A stretch of 64,000 nt of DNA. It comes from Vulcanimicrobiota bacterium. GTDB lineage: Bacteria; Vulcanimicrobiota; Vulcanimicrobiia; Vulcanimicrobiales; Vulcanimicrobiaceae. Position numbers and translations under genes: made by a program. The notes under the pieces were generated by a model. The model did not search any database. It was not told the DNA's origin and worked only from the letters and a program-made list of their open reading frames with translations. Of this stretch, positions 1 through 8,504 are shown in pieces. How positions within the stretch are numbered: the stretch's first letter is position 1; every line of letters starts with the position of its first letter. The stretch spans positions 326,884 to 390,883 of the forward strand of contig CAVYUA010000003.1 in assembly GCA_963771605.1 (NCBI GenBank), read 5' to 3'.

Positions 1-357
1 GAGCTCCGGATACTGGGTGCTCGTCGCGCAATCGTCTTGGTTCTCGCGCGTCACGGATTGGCCGCTGATCAGCGTGAGATAGTTGCCCAAACTGTAGTGG
101 CTCGTGGCGTAGTATTGCTGCAGCAGCGCGCCGTGGCCGGCCACGTCGAGGGCGAGATACGGCGCCGGCATCTTCGCGCCGAACGTGCTGTCGAAGGATT
201 GGTTCTCGAGGATGATCGTGAACACGTGCCGGATCGGCGGCAGCGGGTTCGCCGGCGCGGCGGCGAGCGGAACCGGTACGGCCGGCGCAGCGATCAACGC
301 GCACGCGGCCAGCACGGCGCAAAGCCGGACCAAACGTCCGAGCGGAAGAGTCCCCAT
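1..357 (-). CDS. Phosphoesterase family protein (phospholipase C / AcpA acid phosphatase-like), N-terminal part only; the gene runs off the left edge
   Basis: Absent from the ORF track because it is truncated. My minus-strand translation from ATG at 357 gives MGTLPLGRLVRLCAVLAACALIAAPA (signal peptide), then IRHVFTIILENQSFDSTFG, the N-terminal motif of the PLC/AcpA phosphoesterase family. The frame stays open to position 1. Confidence 0.6.
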   Translation of the reverse strand, partial: MGTLPLGRLVRLCAVLAACALIAAPAVPVPLAAAPANPLPPIRHVFTIILENQSFDSTFGAKMPAPYLALDVAGHGALLQQYYATSHYSLGNYLTLISGQSVTRENQDDCATSTQYPEL

Positions 358-392
358 CCCGGTGCGTTCGAGCGCCGGGGCGGTCACCCTCG

Positions 393-1517
393 TTAGGCGG
401 TAACTTCGGCTTCCGCCGTTTTTTCAGGGCTGAGTTTCTCGAGCACCGCCTCTTCGTGCGCCGCGCGTTCGGCATTGTAGCGGTCGCGGTACACGCGCCG
501 CCACTGCAGACCGCCGCGGTCGTTGTTGATGCTCAGCTCTTGCCAGCCGCCCTCGCGCGGCAGATTTTCTTCCAGCGCTTCGAGCGCCTCGAGGTCCTCT
601 GCCAGCACGGCATTCTGCCCGCGAATTCCCGTCTGCTCGAGCCACGCCGGACGCGGGCCCTTCGACTTGCGCGCGATCACCCAGAAGTCGTGCGTGCTGT
701 GCTTGGTCTCGGGCGTGAGCGCGTAGATGACTTTGCTGAAGAACGCCTGCTCGTCGGGCGCTCCGACCGGCGCGACGCGCACGTGCAGCGTGTAGAGCGC
801 GGGCACGTCGTACTCGATGTCTTGCCAGCGGTCGATGTTGTCGGTGATGCCGGTGCTCTGGCGGTAGAACGGCGGCGCCGGAACGTTTTCCATGTGCCGG
901 AAGCAGCGCACGACGTGGCCCTCGACCTCGGTGCGGATCGGCGTTTCCGCGACGTCGTCGCTGCCGATCGTACTCGCGTGGATGAACGTCTCGTGCGAGA
1001 GGTCCATCAGGTTGTCGATCAAGAGCGCGGGGCGCGCTTTGATCGTGCGCATGTCCTTGATGATCGTCCAAGCGGGATCGGTCGTCCAATGATGGTCGGG
1101 AATCTTCGCGACATCGGCCGCCGCCGGGTCGCCCATCCAGATCCAAACGTAGGGACCGCTCTCGACCAGGGGATACGTTTTGACGCGCGCGCTCTTCGGC
1201 ACGTTGGCCTGGCCCGGCACCCACGTACACGTGCCCTGACCGTTGAATTTGAAGCCGTGATAGCCGCAGACGATGGTGTCGCCCTCGACCTTGCCGCGCG
1301 AGAGCGGGTAGGCCCGGTGCACGCAGCGGTCGGAAAGGGCGACCGCGGTCCCGTCCTGCAGGCGGTACATCACGACCGGCTCGTCGAGGAAGACCCGGCG
1401 CAGCGGAGCGCGCGTGATCTCCTCGCCCCACGCGGCGACGTACCAGGCATCGAAGATGAACGCGTCCGGCAAGTTGGAGCGCGGATTGAACTGCAAGCGG
1501 GATTGCGGCGATGCCAT
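393..1517 (-). CDS. Rieske [2Fe-2S] non-heme iron oxygenase, alpha subunit (VanA/phthalate-family-like)
   Basis: 374-aa ORF with the Rieske motif CVHRAYPLS...CGYHGFKF (C-x-H ... C-x-x-H) near the N-terminus and a long catalytic domain. No reductase partner lies in the window. Confidence 0.85.
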   Translation of the reverse strand: MASPQSRLQFNPRSNLPDAFIFDAWYVAAWGEEITRAPLRRVFLDEPVVMYRLQDGTAVALSDRCVHRAYPLSRGKVEGDTIVCGYHGFKFNGQGTCTWVPGQANVPKSARVKTYPLVESGPYVWIWMGDPAAADVAKIPDHHWTTDPAWTIIKDMRTIKARPALLIDNLMDLSHETFIHASTIGSDDVAETPIRTEVEGHVVRCFRHMENVPAPPFYRQSTGITDNIDRWQDIEYDVPALYTLHVRVAPVGAPDEQAFFSKVIYALTPETKHSTHDFWVIARKSKGPRPAWLEQTGIRGQNAVLAEDLEALEALEENLPREGGWQELSINNDRGGLQWRRVYRDRYNAERAAHEEAVLEKLSPEKTAEAEVTA

Positions 1518-1546
1518 CGTACGGTTCCACCCTTCGGGTCAAGCTA

Positions 1547-1562
1547 ATTGAGCGCGCTCAAT
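1547..1562. promoter_or_regulatory. Perfect 16-bp palindrome ATTGAGCGCGCTCAAT about 30 nt upstream of the Rieske oxygenase start; candidate operator or small hairpin
   Basis: Read directly: positions 1547-1562 equal their own reverse complement. The site lies in the 69-nt gap between the stop at 1587 and the start at 1517. Confidence 0.35.
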
Positions 1563-1586
1563 ATTCGGTGTACCCCGGGCTGTACC

Positions 1587-2300
1587 CTAGAACGGCACCG
1601 GCCGAAACGACGGCAGCGGCCGCGGCGTGGAGAACGTCGAGGCCGCCAGGGCCGTGGGGAAGCGGTAGCGGTAGAACGCGATGTGCTCCACCGCCGCGCT
1701 CTTGGCGTAGGTGGCGGCGGCGCTCGCCGTGATGGCCATCCAGTACTTCTGCACCCGCCCGAAGGTCACGCTCCCGCTCCCGGCGTGCGAGCTGGTCACG
1801 AACTCGATCGCGACCGGCAAAAACGTGCTGCCGTCGATCGTGACCGAGTGCACCGTCGCCGCCGCCGCACCGAGGGGCGTGGTGCGGAAGACGTGGTCGA
1901 AGTGCCGGCCGTCGCGCAGCGGCCCGACGTAGCGGAACGTGTAGGCTTCCGGGCGCGGCGCGAGCGCCTCGATGGAGTAGCGATTCTTGCGGCCCCGGAA
2001 GATGTGGATGCTCGGCGGCTCGAGCTTCTTGCCGTCGACGCTCAGCAGCTCGTCACGCTCGGAATTGCCGCTGCGAAAGACGCGGTGGGTCTGCTGGATG
2101 TCGCGGGCCCCGGCCTGATCGACGGAATACTCGAACGAGAGCACGCCGGGCGTGTGCACCTTGGCGAGCGCCGCCGCATACCGTGCCAGCACGTACGCCG
2201 GCGCGACCCGCGGCGGCGCGGCGGCGCGGGCCCGCAGCGGCGGGACGTCCGGCGGCGCCGTCGGCGCGGCGAGAGCGACCGCCATCGCGAGCCACAGCAT
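1587..2300 (-). CDS. Exported hypothetical protein (possibly a LolA-like beta-sandwich; family not recognised)
   Basis: C-terminal 237 aa of ORF 1587..2936, starting at MLWLAMAVALAAPTAPP (signal-like). Its ATG (2300-2298) overlaps the alaS stop by 1 nt (TGATG). The upstream part of the long ORF is an Arg/Gly/Ala-rich artefact antisense-overlapping alaS. Confidence 0.6.
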   Translation of the reverse strand: MLWLAMAVALAAPTAPPDVPPLRARAAAPPRVAPAYVLARYAAALAKVHTPGVLSFEYSVDQAGARDIQQTHRVFRSGNSERDELLSVDGKKLEPPSIHIFRGRKNRYSIEALAPRPEAYTFRYVGPLRDGRHFDHVFRTTPLGAAAATVHSVTIDGSTFLPVAIEFVTSSHAGSGSVTFGRVQKYWMAITASAAATYAKSAAVEHIAFYRYRFPTALAASTFSTPRPLPSFRPVPF

Positions 2301-4915
2301 CACGGCGTGGCGCGCAGTCCGTCGACGATGGCGGCGAGCGCGGCCTCGGCGCCGGCGATCGTGCGGCCGCCGCCCTGCGCCTGCGCCGGCGCCCCGCCGC
2401 CCTTGCCGCCCACCTGCGGCGCGGCGGCCTTCACCAAGTTGCCGGAATGCACGCCCGCCTTCACCGCGTCGTCGCTCGCGCTGACGAAGATCGAGGCGCT
2501 CTCGCCGTCGGTCCCGACCAGCGCGATCACCCCGTGCGGCAGCTTGACGCGAATCGCGTTCGCCAGCGCGCGCAGCGCCGCCGCGTCGGCATCGTGCACG
2601 ACCGCGCCGACCACCCGATGCCCGCCGACCGTCTCGGCGCGCTCCACGTAGGCGTGCGCGTCGGTCGCGGCCAGCCGCGCCTTGAGTTCGCCCAGCGCTT
2701 TCTGCGCGTCGCGCACGTCGTTCTGCATCCGCGCGACGCGTTCGACGACCTCGTCGGGCTTGGTCGCGAGCGTCTCGGCCAGTTGCGCCACCGTGTCGCT
2801 CGTGCGCTCGACGATCGCTTCGGCAGCGCGCGAGACGGCCGCCTCGATGCGGCGCACACCCGCGCCGATCGACGACTCCCCGATCAGCACGAACATGCCG
2901 AGCTCGCCCGTCGAGTGCGCGTGCGTTCCGCCGCAAAACTCGACCGACGGGCCGGCCGCAACGACGCGCACGACCTCGCCGTATTTCTCACCGGCCATCG
3001 TGATCGCGCCGGTCGCGAGCGCTTCCGCGATCGGCAGCTCGCGCGTTTCCAGATGATGGTCTTCGCGAATGAGTTCGTTGACGCGCTGCACGACACGGCG
3101 CTTCTGTTCGCCGCTGAGCGCGCCGCCCGGACTGCGAAAGTCAAAGCGCATGCGGTCGACGCCGACCCACGAGCCGGCCTGCACGACATCCTTGCCGAGC
3201 ACGTCGCGCAGCGCGTGCTGCAGCAGATGGGCCGAGGTGTGATGGCGCCGAATCTCCGCGCGCCACTCGGGAAACACCAGCGTTTCCACCGCGTCGCCGA
3301 CTGCGAACGCTCCGCTGCGCACGACGCCGTGATGCACGATCGCGTCGTGCGCGAACTGCGTATCGGTCACGTCGAAACCGGCCTCACCGGCGACGATCTC
3401 GCCGCGGTCGCCGATCTGACCGCCCTTCTCGGCATAGAACGCGGTGCGGTCGAGGATCAGCTGCGCGCTCGCGCCTTGCTCGACGCGTTCGACCGACGCG
3501 CCGTCGACCAGAATCGCGACGATCGTGCCCTTGGCGCTCAGGCCCGCGTAGCCTGAGAACTCGCTGCGCACCGAGGGCAGATCGCTGACCGTCACCGTCG
3601 CGCGCTTGGAGGCCGCGTCGGCGCGCGCGCGCTCGCGCTGTTCGTTCATCTTCTCATCGAAGCCGGTGGTGTCGACCGCGACGCCGCGTTCGCCCGCGAT
3701 CTCGCGCGTCAGTTCGGCCGGAAAGCCGAACGTGTCGTGCAGGGTGAACACGTCTTCGCCGGTGAGCAGCATCGTGCAGTCGACGATCGCTTCGGAGATC
3801 AACGCGTCGAGCATTTCGCTGCCGCGATCGAGCGTGCGCACGAACGTCGTCTCTTCGGTGCGCAGCGCGTTCTGCACGTCGTTGAGGCGGCCGCGCAGCT
3901 CGGGATATCCGGGCGCCAGCGAGTCGACCACCGCGCTCGCGAGCTGGGCCATGAACTCGCGCGGGTAACCCAGCAGCCGGCCCTGACGAATCGCCCGCCG
4001 GATCAGGAAGCGCAGCACGTAGCCGCGGTCGGTGTTGGAGGGATAGACGCCGTCGGCGATCAGGAACGTCACCGCTCGCGCATGATCGGCGATGATGCGC
4101 CGCCGCGCCAGCTGCTCGTCGGGCATGAGCGAGGTCGCGCCGATACTGGGCTGCGCGGCGATCACGTCGAGGAACAGATCGGTCTCGTACATCGAGGCTT
4201 GACCGTTGACGAGCGCCAGGATGCGCTCGAAGCCCATGCCGGTGTCGATCGCCTTGCGCGGCAGATCGCCGAGCACGCCGTCGGCGCCGCGGTTGTACTG
4301 CTGGAAGACGACGTTCCAAAACTCGACGAAGCGGTTGCCCTTGTTGGGCGCGTCGTCATCGGGGCCCGATGCGTATGCCGGACCGGTATCGTAGAAGATC
4401 TCGGTGCACGGGCCGCACGGCCCGGTCGCGCCCATCGTCCAGAAGTTGTCGTCGTCCCAGCGCGAGATGCGGGCCGGAGACAAGCCGATCTCGCGCTCCC
4501 AGATCGTCTGGGCCTCGTCGTCGGAGGTGTGGACGGTGACGTAGAGCTTGTCTTTGTCGAGCTTCCAAACGTTGGTCGCGAGGTCCCAAGCGAAGCCGAT
4601 CGCCTCACGCTTGTAGTAGTCGCCGAACGAGAAGTTCCCGAGCATCTCGAGGAAGGTCCCATGGCGCCCGGTGCGGCCGACGTTCTCGATGTCGCTCTTG
4701 GCCCCAGCTACGCGCAGGCAGCGCTGCACCGTCACCGCGCGCGGCGCCGGCGGGGCCTCCTCGCCGAGAAACACCGGGACGAACTGCTCCATCCCGGCGA
4801 TCGTGAAGAGCGTCGTGCTCATCGCATCGGGGATCAGCGACGCCGACGCCAGATGCGTGTGCCCGTTGCGGACGAAATACTCGACGAAGCTCGAACGGAG
4901 TTCCTGGGACCTCAT
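2300..4915 (-). CDS. alaS: Alanine--tRNA ligase
   Basis: 871 aa. N-terminus MRSQELRSSFVEYFVRNGHTHLASASLIP, class II core FEMLGNFSFGDYYK, editing-domain HHTSAHLL and C-terminal DHHA1-like region. Confidence 0.97.
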   Translation of the reverse strand: MRSQELRSSFVEYFVRNGHTHLASASLIPDAMSTTLFTIAGMEQFVPVFLGEEAPPAPRAVTVQRCLRVAGAKSDIENVGRTGRHGTFLEMLGNFSFGDYYKREAIGFAWDLATNVWKLDKDKLYVTVHTSDDEAQTIWEREIGLSPARISRWDDDNFWTMGATGPCGPCTEIFYDTGPAYASGPDDDAPNKGNRFVEFWNVVFQQYNRGADGVLGDLPRKAIDTGMGFERILALVNGQASMYETDLFLDVIAAQPSIGATSLMPDEQLARRRIIADHARAVTFLIADGVYPSNTDRGYVLRFLIRRAIRQGRLLGYPREFMAQLASAVVDSLAPGYPELRGRLNDVQNALRTEETTFVRTLDRGSEMLDALISEAIVDCTMLLTGEDVFTLHDTFGFPAELTREIAGERGVAVDTTGFDEKMNEQRERARADAASKRATVTVSDLPSVRSEFSGYAGLSAKGTIVAILVDGASVERVEQGASAQLILDRTAFYAEKGGQIGDRGEIVAGEAGFDVTDTQFAHDAIVHHGVVRSGAFAVGDAVETLVFPEWRAEIRRHHTSAHLLQHALRDVLGKDVVQAGSWVGVDRMRFDFRSPGGALSGEQKRRVVQRVNELIREDHHLETRELPIAEALATGAITMAGEKYGEVVRVVAAGPSVEFCGGTHAHSTGELGMFVLIGESSIGAGVRRIEAAVSRAAEAIVERTSDTVAQLAETLATKPDEVVERVARMQNDVRDAQKALGELKARLAATDAHAYVERAETVGGHRVVGAVVHDADAAALRALANAIRVKLPHGVIALVGTDGESASIFVSASDDAVKAGVHSGNLVKAAAPQVGGKGGGAPAQAQGGGRTIAGAEAALAAIVDGLRATP

Positions 4916-4946
4916 AATCAGCCGACGGTGTTCGCCGCCGGCCGGG

Positions 4947-5768
4947 TCAGCCTTCTTTGAGGAAGTTCCGCAGCTTTTCGAGCGCCTTTTGCTGCAGGCG
5001 CGAGACGTGCATCTGGGAGACGTTGAGGCGCTTGGCGATCTCGGTCTGCGAGACGCTCTCGTAGAAGCGCAGGTAGAGGATCACGCGCTCGCGGCCGCTG
5101 AGGACCTCGAAGGCGCGCTCCAGGTTGGCGCGGTCCTCGAGCAGTTCGAGCGCGCTGTCGTTCTGGCCGACGTAATCGGCGAGCGTTTGCGACTTCTTGT
5201 CGCCGTCGCCGTTGAGTTCGGTATCGAGCGAAAGCAGGTTGTAGGCCTGGCCGAGCTCCTGCGCTTCGAGGACGTCTTCTTCCGAGGCCCCGAGGTGCTC
5301 GGCGAGCTCGGCGACGGTCGGTGAGTGCCCGAGCTTGACGTTGAGCTTCTCGATCGCGCGGTTGACCGCGAGGTTGAGCTCTTGCAAGCGGCGCGGAACC
5401 TTGACGGCCCAGCCTTTGTCGCGGAAGTAGCGCTTGATCTCACCGACGATCGTCGGCGTCGCGTAGGTGGTGAACTCGACGCCACGGTCGAGATCGAAGC
5501 GGTCGATCGCCTTGAGCAGTCCGACCGTACCGACTTGGATCAGATCGTCGAGCGCCTCGCCGCGATTGGCAAACTTGACCGCCAGATAGCGCGCCAAGTT
5601 GAGATGCGCCACGACCAGTTCGTTGCGCAAACGTTCGTACTCGGTCTGACCGGTATGGTCGCGGCCGGAATCCTTGTCCGGGTGCGCGCGCAAAACGGCG
5701 AACCGGGCAAACGCATCACGCGCGCGCTGGCGATCCCAGCGCTCCGCGTCGATCGGAGCGGAACTCAC
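4947..5768 (-). CDS. RNA polymerase sigma factor, group 3 (SigB/SigF-type)
   Basis: 273 aa with region 2 (DLIQVGTVGLLKAIDRFD, FTTYATPTIVGEIKRYFRD), region 3 and region 4 (SQTEIAKRLNVSQMHVSRLQ). GTG start lies 1 nt after the anti-sigma kinase stop. Confidence 0.9.
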   Translation of the reverse strand: MSSAPIDAERWDRQRARDAFARFAVLRAHPDKDSGRDHTGQTEYERLRNELVVAHLNLARYLAVKFANRGEALDDLIQVGTVGLLKAIDRFDLDRGVEFTTYATPTIVGEIKRYFRDKGWAVKVPRRLQELNLAVNRAIEKLNVKLGHSPTVAELAEHLGASEEDVLEAQELGQAYNLLSLDTELNGDGDKKSQTLADYVGQNDSALELLEDRANLERAFEVLSGRERVILYLRFYESVSQTEIAKRLNVSQMHVSRLQQKALEKLRNFLKEG

Positions 5769-5769
5769 A

Positions 5770-6201
5770 TTACCCCGAAACGCGCTTGGTCATCACGAGT
5801 TGCGTTCCTTCACGAACGTCGCTCGTGTACTCCACAGTATCCATGAGTGCCCGGATCAGGAAGACACCCAGTTCTTCGGTTCGGCCGAGTTCACCGATCC
5901 GTTCTTCCTCGACCGGGCTGAGCGGCGGACCCTGGCCGCGGTCACGGACCGTGAGCACGACCCCTTCCGCGGTAACTTCGCACACGATTTCGATCGAGCC
6001 GTCCGGCATACCGTGCTGGATGGCGTTCGTGCACGACTCGGCGACGGCAAGCTTGATGTCCTCGATGTCGTCGACCGAAAAGCGTTGCCGGCTGGCGACC
6101 GCTGCCACCGCCAGACGTGCAACGGCAACCCACTCGGCGCGCGCCGGAATTTCCAACCGCACCACCCCATGCGACCGGTTAGCCGCGGGAGCGGGATTCA
6201 T
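5770..6201 (-). CDS. Anti-sigma factor serine kinase (RsbW/SpoIIAB-type, HATPase_c)
   Basis: 143 aa with an N-box-like AESCTNAIQHG and a G-box region. Its ATG overlaps the stop of the STAS gene (ATGA). Confidence 0.85.
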   Translation of the reverse strand: MNPAPAANRSHGVVRLEIPARAEWVAVARLAVAAVASRQRFSVDDIEDIKLAVAESCTNAIQHGMPDGSIEIVCEVTAEGVVLTVRDRGQGPPLSPVEEERIGELGRTEELGVFLIRALMDTVEYTSDVREGTQLVMTKRVSG

Positions 6202-6542
6202 GCGAGAGCTTTCATCGCGCTCTGCTCGTCGTCGAAGATGCCGAAAATCTTCACTAGCCCCGTGATGTCGAAGATCTTCTTGATCTGCGGGTTCGTGCAG
6301 ACGAGGTTCACCGAACCCCCGTGCTCGCGCACGCGCTTGAGGCCGCCGATGAGAACGCCCAATCCCGTCGAGTCGATATAGCGTACCTTCTCGAGGTTGA
6401 TCACGAGGTTGTAATGCTCGCGGTCGATGAGCTCGGTTATGGCGTCTTTGACTTTTGGTGAGGTATAGACGTCGATCTCACCGGTCAAATCAACGACGTA
6501 CGCGTCGCCCTCAGATTCGCGTACGTTGACTTTGATATCCAC
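6198..6542 (-). CDS. Anti-sigma factor antagonist (STAS domain, RsbV/SpoIIAA-type)
   Basis: 114 aa with the STAS signature including the phosphorylatable-Ser context YIDSTGLGVLIG. Confidence 0.88.
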   Translation of the reverse strand: MDIKVNVRESEGDAYVVDLTGEIDVYTSPKVKDAITELIDREHYNLVINLEKVRYIDSTGLGVLIGGLKRVREHGGSVNLVCTNPQIKKIFDITGLVKIFGIFDDEQSAMKALA

Positions 6543-6550
6543 CGTTTCTC

Positions 6551-6874
6551 CTACGTTCGGCTTTGGAGTTCGTTGCGTTGTTGTTCCGCGGCTTCCATAC
6601 CCTCGGCGACCGCACCGTCAACCCTCGCCCGGGCGCCTTCGACGATGGCGCGGCCGCGCTCGAGCAGTTCGTTCGTCTGGCCGGTGAGGGTTTCGCTCAC
6701 GTCGCCGGCCGTATCGCGGGCCCGGTCGGCGGCTTCCCGTACCTTAGCACGGAAGGCGTCGCGGGTGTCTTCGCCCGATTTCGGCGCGGAGATCATGGCC
6801 AGCGTGGCCCCGGCGAGCAGTCCCACGAGCAGTCCGGTGACGAACCCGCCGCCGCGAGGCGCCTCGTCGTCCAT
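6551..6874 (-). CDS. YtxH domain-containing (general stress) protein
   Basis: 107 aa. An N-terminal hydrophobic GFVTGLLVGLLAGATLAMISAPKSGEDTR is followed by a charged helical region, which is typical YtxH architecture. Confidence 0.7.
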   Translation of the reverse strand: MDDEAPRGGGFVTGLLVGLLAGATLAMISAPKSGEDTRDAFRAKVREAADRARDTAGDVSETLTGQTNELLERGRAIVEGARARVDGAVAEGMEAAEQQRNELQSRT

Positions 6875-7293
6875 CAGATGCCCTCCGGGTCGCCGGAACG
6901 GCGCCCGGAAACGAGCCGGCGGATGCCGGCCGTGATGCCGGTGAGGGTCGCACCGACGTTGACGATGGCGGGCGCGACGGCACGGTTAGCGAGGTCGGAC
7001 GTTTTCACGACGTTGGTCGCCACGGTTTCGAGCGATCCGACGACCCCGCTGAGCCGGGCAACGGTGGCATCGGCCGTATCGGCGATGCCGCCGACGTGCG
7101 CGAGCGTTTCCGCGACCGGCGCGGAGAGCGCCGCGATCTGCCGGTCGACTTCATCGAGCGTGCCGTTGAGGCGCCGCAAAAAGTTGGCGATGCCCGAGCA
7201 AAAGACCAGCACCCCGATGCCGATCAGGAGAACGCCCAGACCTGCACCGACACTGAATACCAGGTGCGGCCAATCGATCTCTGAACCTGCCAC
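6874..7293 (-). CDS. DUF948-like membrane-anchored protein
   Basis: 139 aa. One N-terminal TM helix (LVFSVGAGLGVLLIGIGVLVF) is followed by an Ala/Val/Thr-rich helical region. GTG start is preceded by GGAGGA. A 1-nt overlap links it to the YtxH gene. Confidence 0.55.
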   Translation of the reverse strand: MAGSEIDWPHLVFSVGAGLGVLLIGIGVLVFCSGIANFLRRLNGTLDEVDRQIAALSAPVAETLAHVGGIADTADATVARLSGVVGSLETVATNVVKTSDLANRAVAPAIVNVGATLTGITAGIRRLVSGRRSGDPEGI

Positions 7294-7350
7294 CAGTCCT
7301 CCGAATGCTCGCTAGAGCCACGCAGCGCGGATACCCAAGAACGCCGCTTC

Positions 7351-8504
7351 CTACACGTCGGCGGTCTGCATCATCCGTTCGACGACCCGTCCCACGACTG
7401 CCGCCGCACCGTCGATGTCGGCGCCGGTCGTCGTCCGGCCGAGCGAAAACCGCAACACGCCGGTCGCGTACGCGGGGCTCGACCCCTAGCGCGGCGACGA
7501 CGTGGCTCGGTTCCAAGGACCCGGCAGCACACGCGCTTCCCGCCGACGCTGAAACGCCCTCCAGATCGAGCGCCATCAGGAGCGCATCCGATGGCTGGTC
7601 GGGGAAACCGACGCTCAGGATGTGGGGCAGCCGGGGCGCCGCCGCCCCGAGCACGACCGTCTCGGGAACGCCGGCCGCGATCGCCGCGTGCAGCCGCTCG
7701 CGCAGCCCCGTGACGCGCGCGACGGTCTCGGCCCGCTCGGCGGCCGCCAGTTCGAGCGCCCGGGCCAGGCCCGCGACCCCGGCCAGATTTTCGGTCCCCG
7801 AGCGCAAGCCGTGCTCCTGGCCGCCGCCGACGATCTGGGCCACCAGCGGCGTGCCGCGCCGCACGAACAGGACGCCCACGCCCTTGGGCCCGTTGAACTT
7901 ATGCGCCGAGAGCGTCAGCAGGTCGACGTCGAGCCGCGCCAGGTCGAGGGCGAGGTAGCCGGCCGTCGCCACGGCGTCGGTATGGACGAGGGCGCCGGCG
8001 GCATGGGCGAGCGCGGCGATCTCGGCCAGCGGCTGGATCGTGCCGACCTCGTTGTTGCCGAGCATGACCGAGACGAGGGTCGTGCCGGGGCGCAGCGCGG
8101 CGGCCACGCCGGCCGGGTCGACCAGCCCCGCGGCGCTGACCGGCAGGCGCGTGACGGTCCAGCCCTCGGCTTCGAGGACGTCGAAGGCGTGCAGCACGGC
8201 GTGGTGCTCGAAGACGGTCGTGATCACGTGCTTTCCGTCGCCGGCCCGCGCTTTGGCCGCCCCGACGATCGCCAGCACGTCGGCCTCCGAGCCGCCGCCG
8301 GTGAAGACGATCTCGCGCGGCGCGGCGCCGAGCACCCGGGCGACATCGGCCCGGGCCGCGTCGAGCGCCGCGCGCGCCGCGCGCCCGTGCGCGTGCGCGG
8401 AGCTGGGATTGTAGCCGCCCGCCAAGCAGCGGCAGCATCGCTTCGATGACCTCCGGCCGGGCGGTCGTCGTGGCGGCATTATCAAGATAGATGTTCGCGT
8501 TCAT
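7351..8504 (-). pseudogene. Cysteine desulfurase (NifS/IscS family) interrupted by two +1 frame disruptions (real pseudogene or base-calling indels)
   Basis: Three frames join into one protein: MNANIYLDNAATTTARPEVIEAMLPLLGG | GYNPSSAHAHGRAA...LSAHKFNGPKGVG...SAGSACAAGSLEPSHVVAALGVEP | AYATGVLRFSLGRTTTGADIDGAAAVVGRVVERMMQTADV* (last segment is my own translation). Shifts lie at about 8414-8424 (GGCGGGCGGC) and 7474-7477 (run of four G on plus). The span of 1154 nt equals 3n+2. Confidence 0.8.

Noticed and set aside
456-1547. Long alternative-frame or antisense ORFs throughout the window. Examples: 456..1547+, 1548..2651+, 2183..3556+, 3737..4960+, 13031..14461+, 15145..16677-, 41185..43335+, 52692..54425+, 54521..55936+, 62660..63919-.
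   Set aside because: They overlap genes with unmistakable conserved motifs on the other strand or frame. Their translations are Arg/Ala/Gly/Pro-rich and low in complexity. Such open frames are the expected by-product of GC-rich DNA.
4916-4946. T-box or other leader upstream of alaS.
   Set aside because: Only 31 nt separate alaS from the preceding sigma-factor gene, which is far too short for a T-box riboswitch. alaS appears to be co-transcribed.
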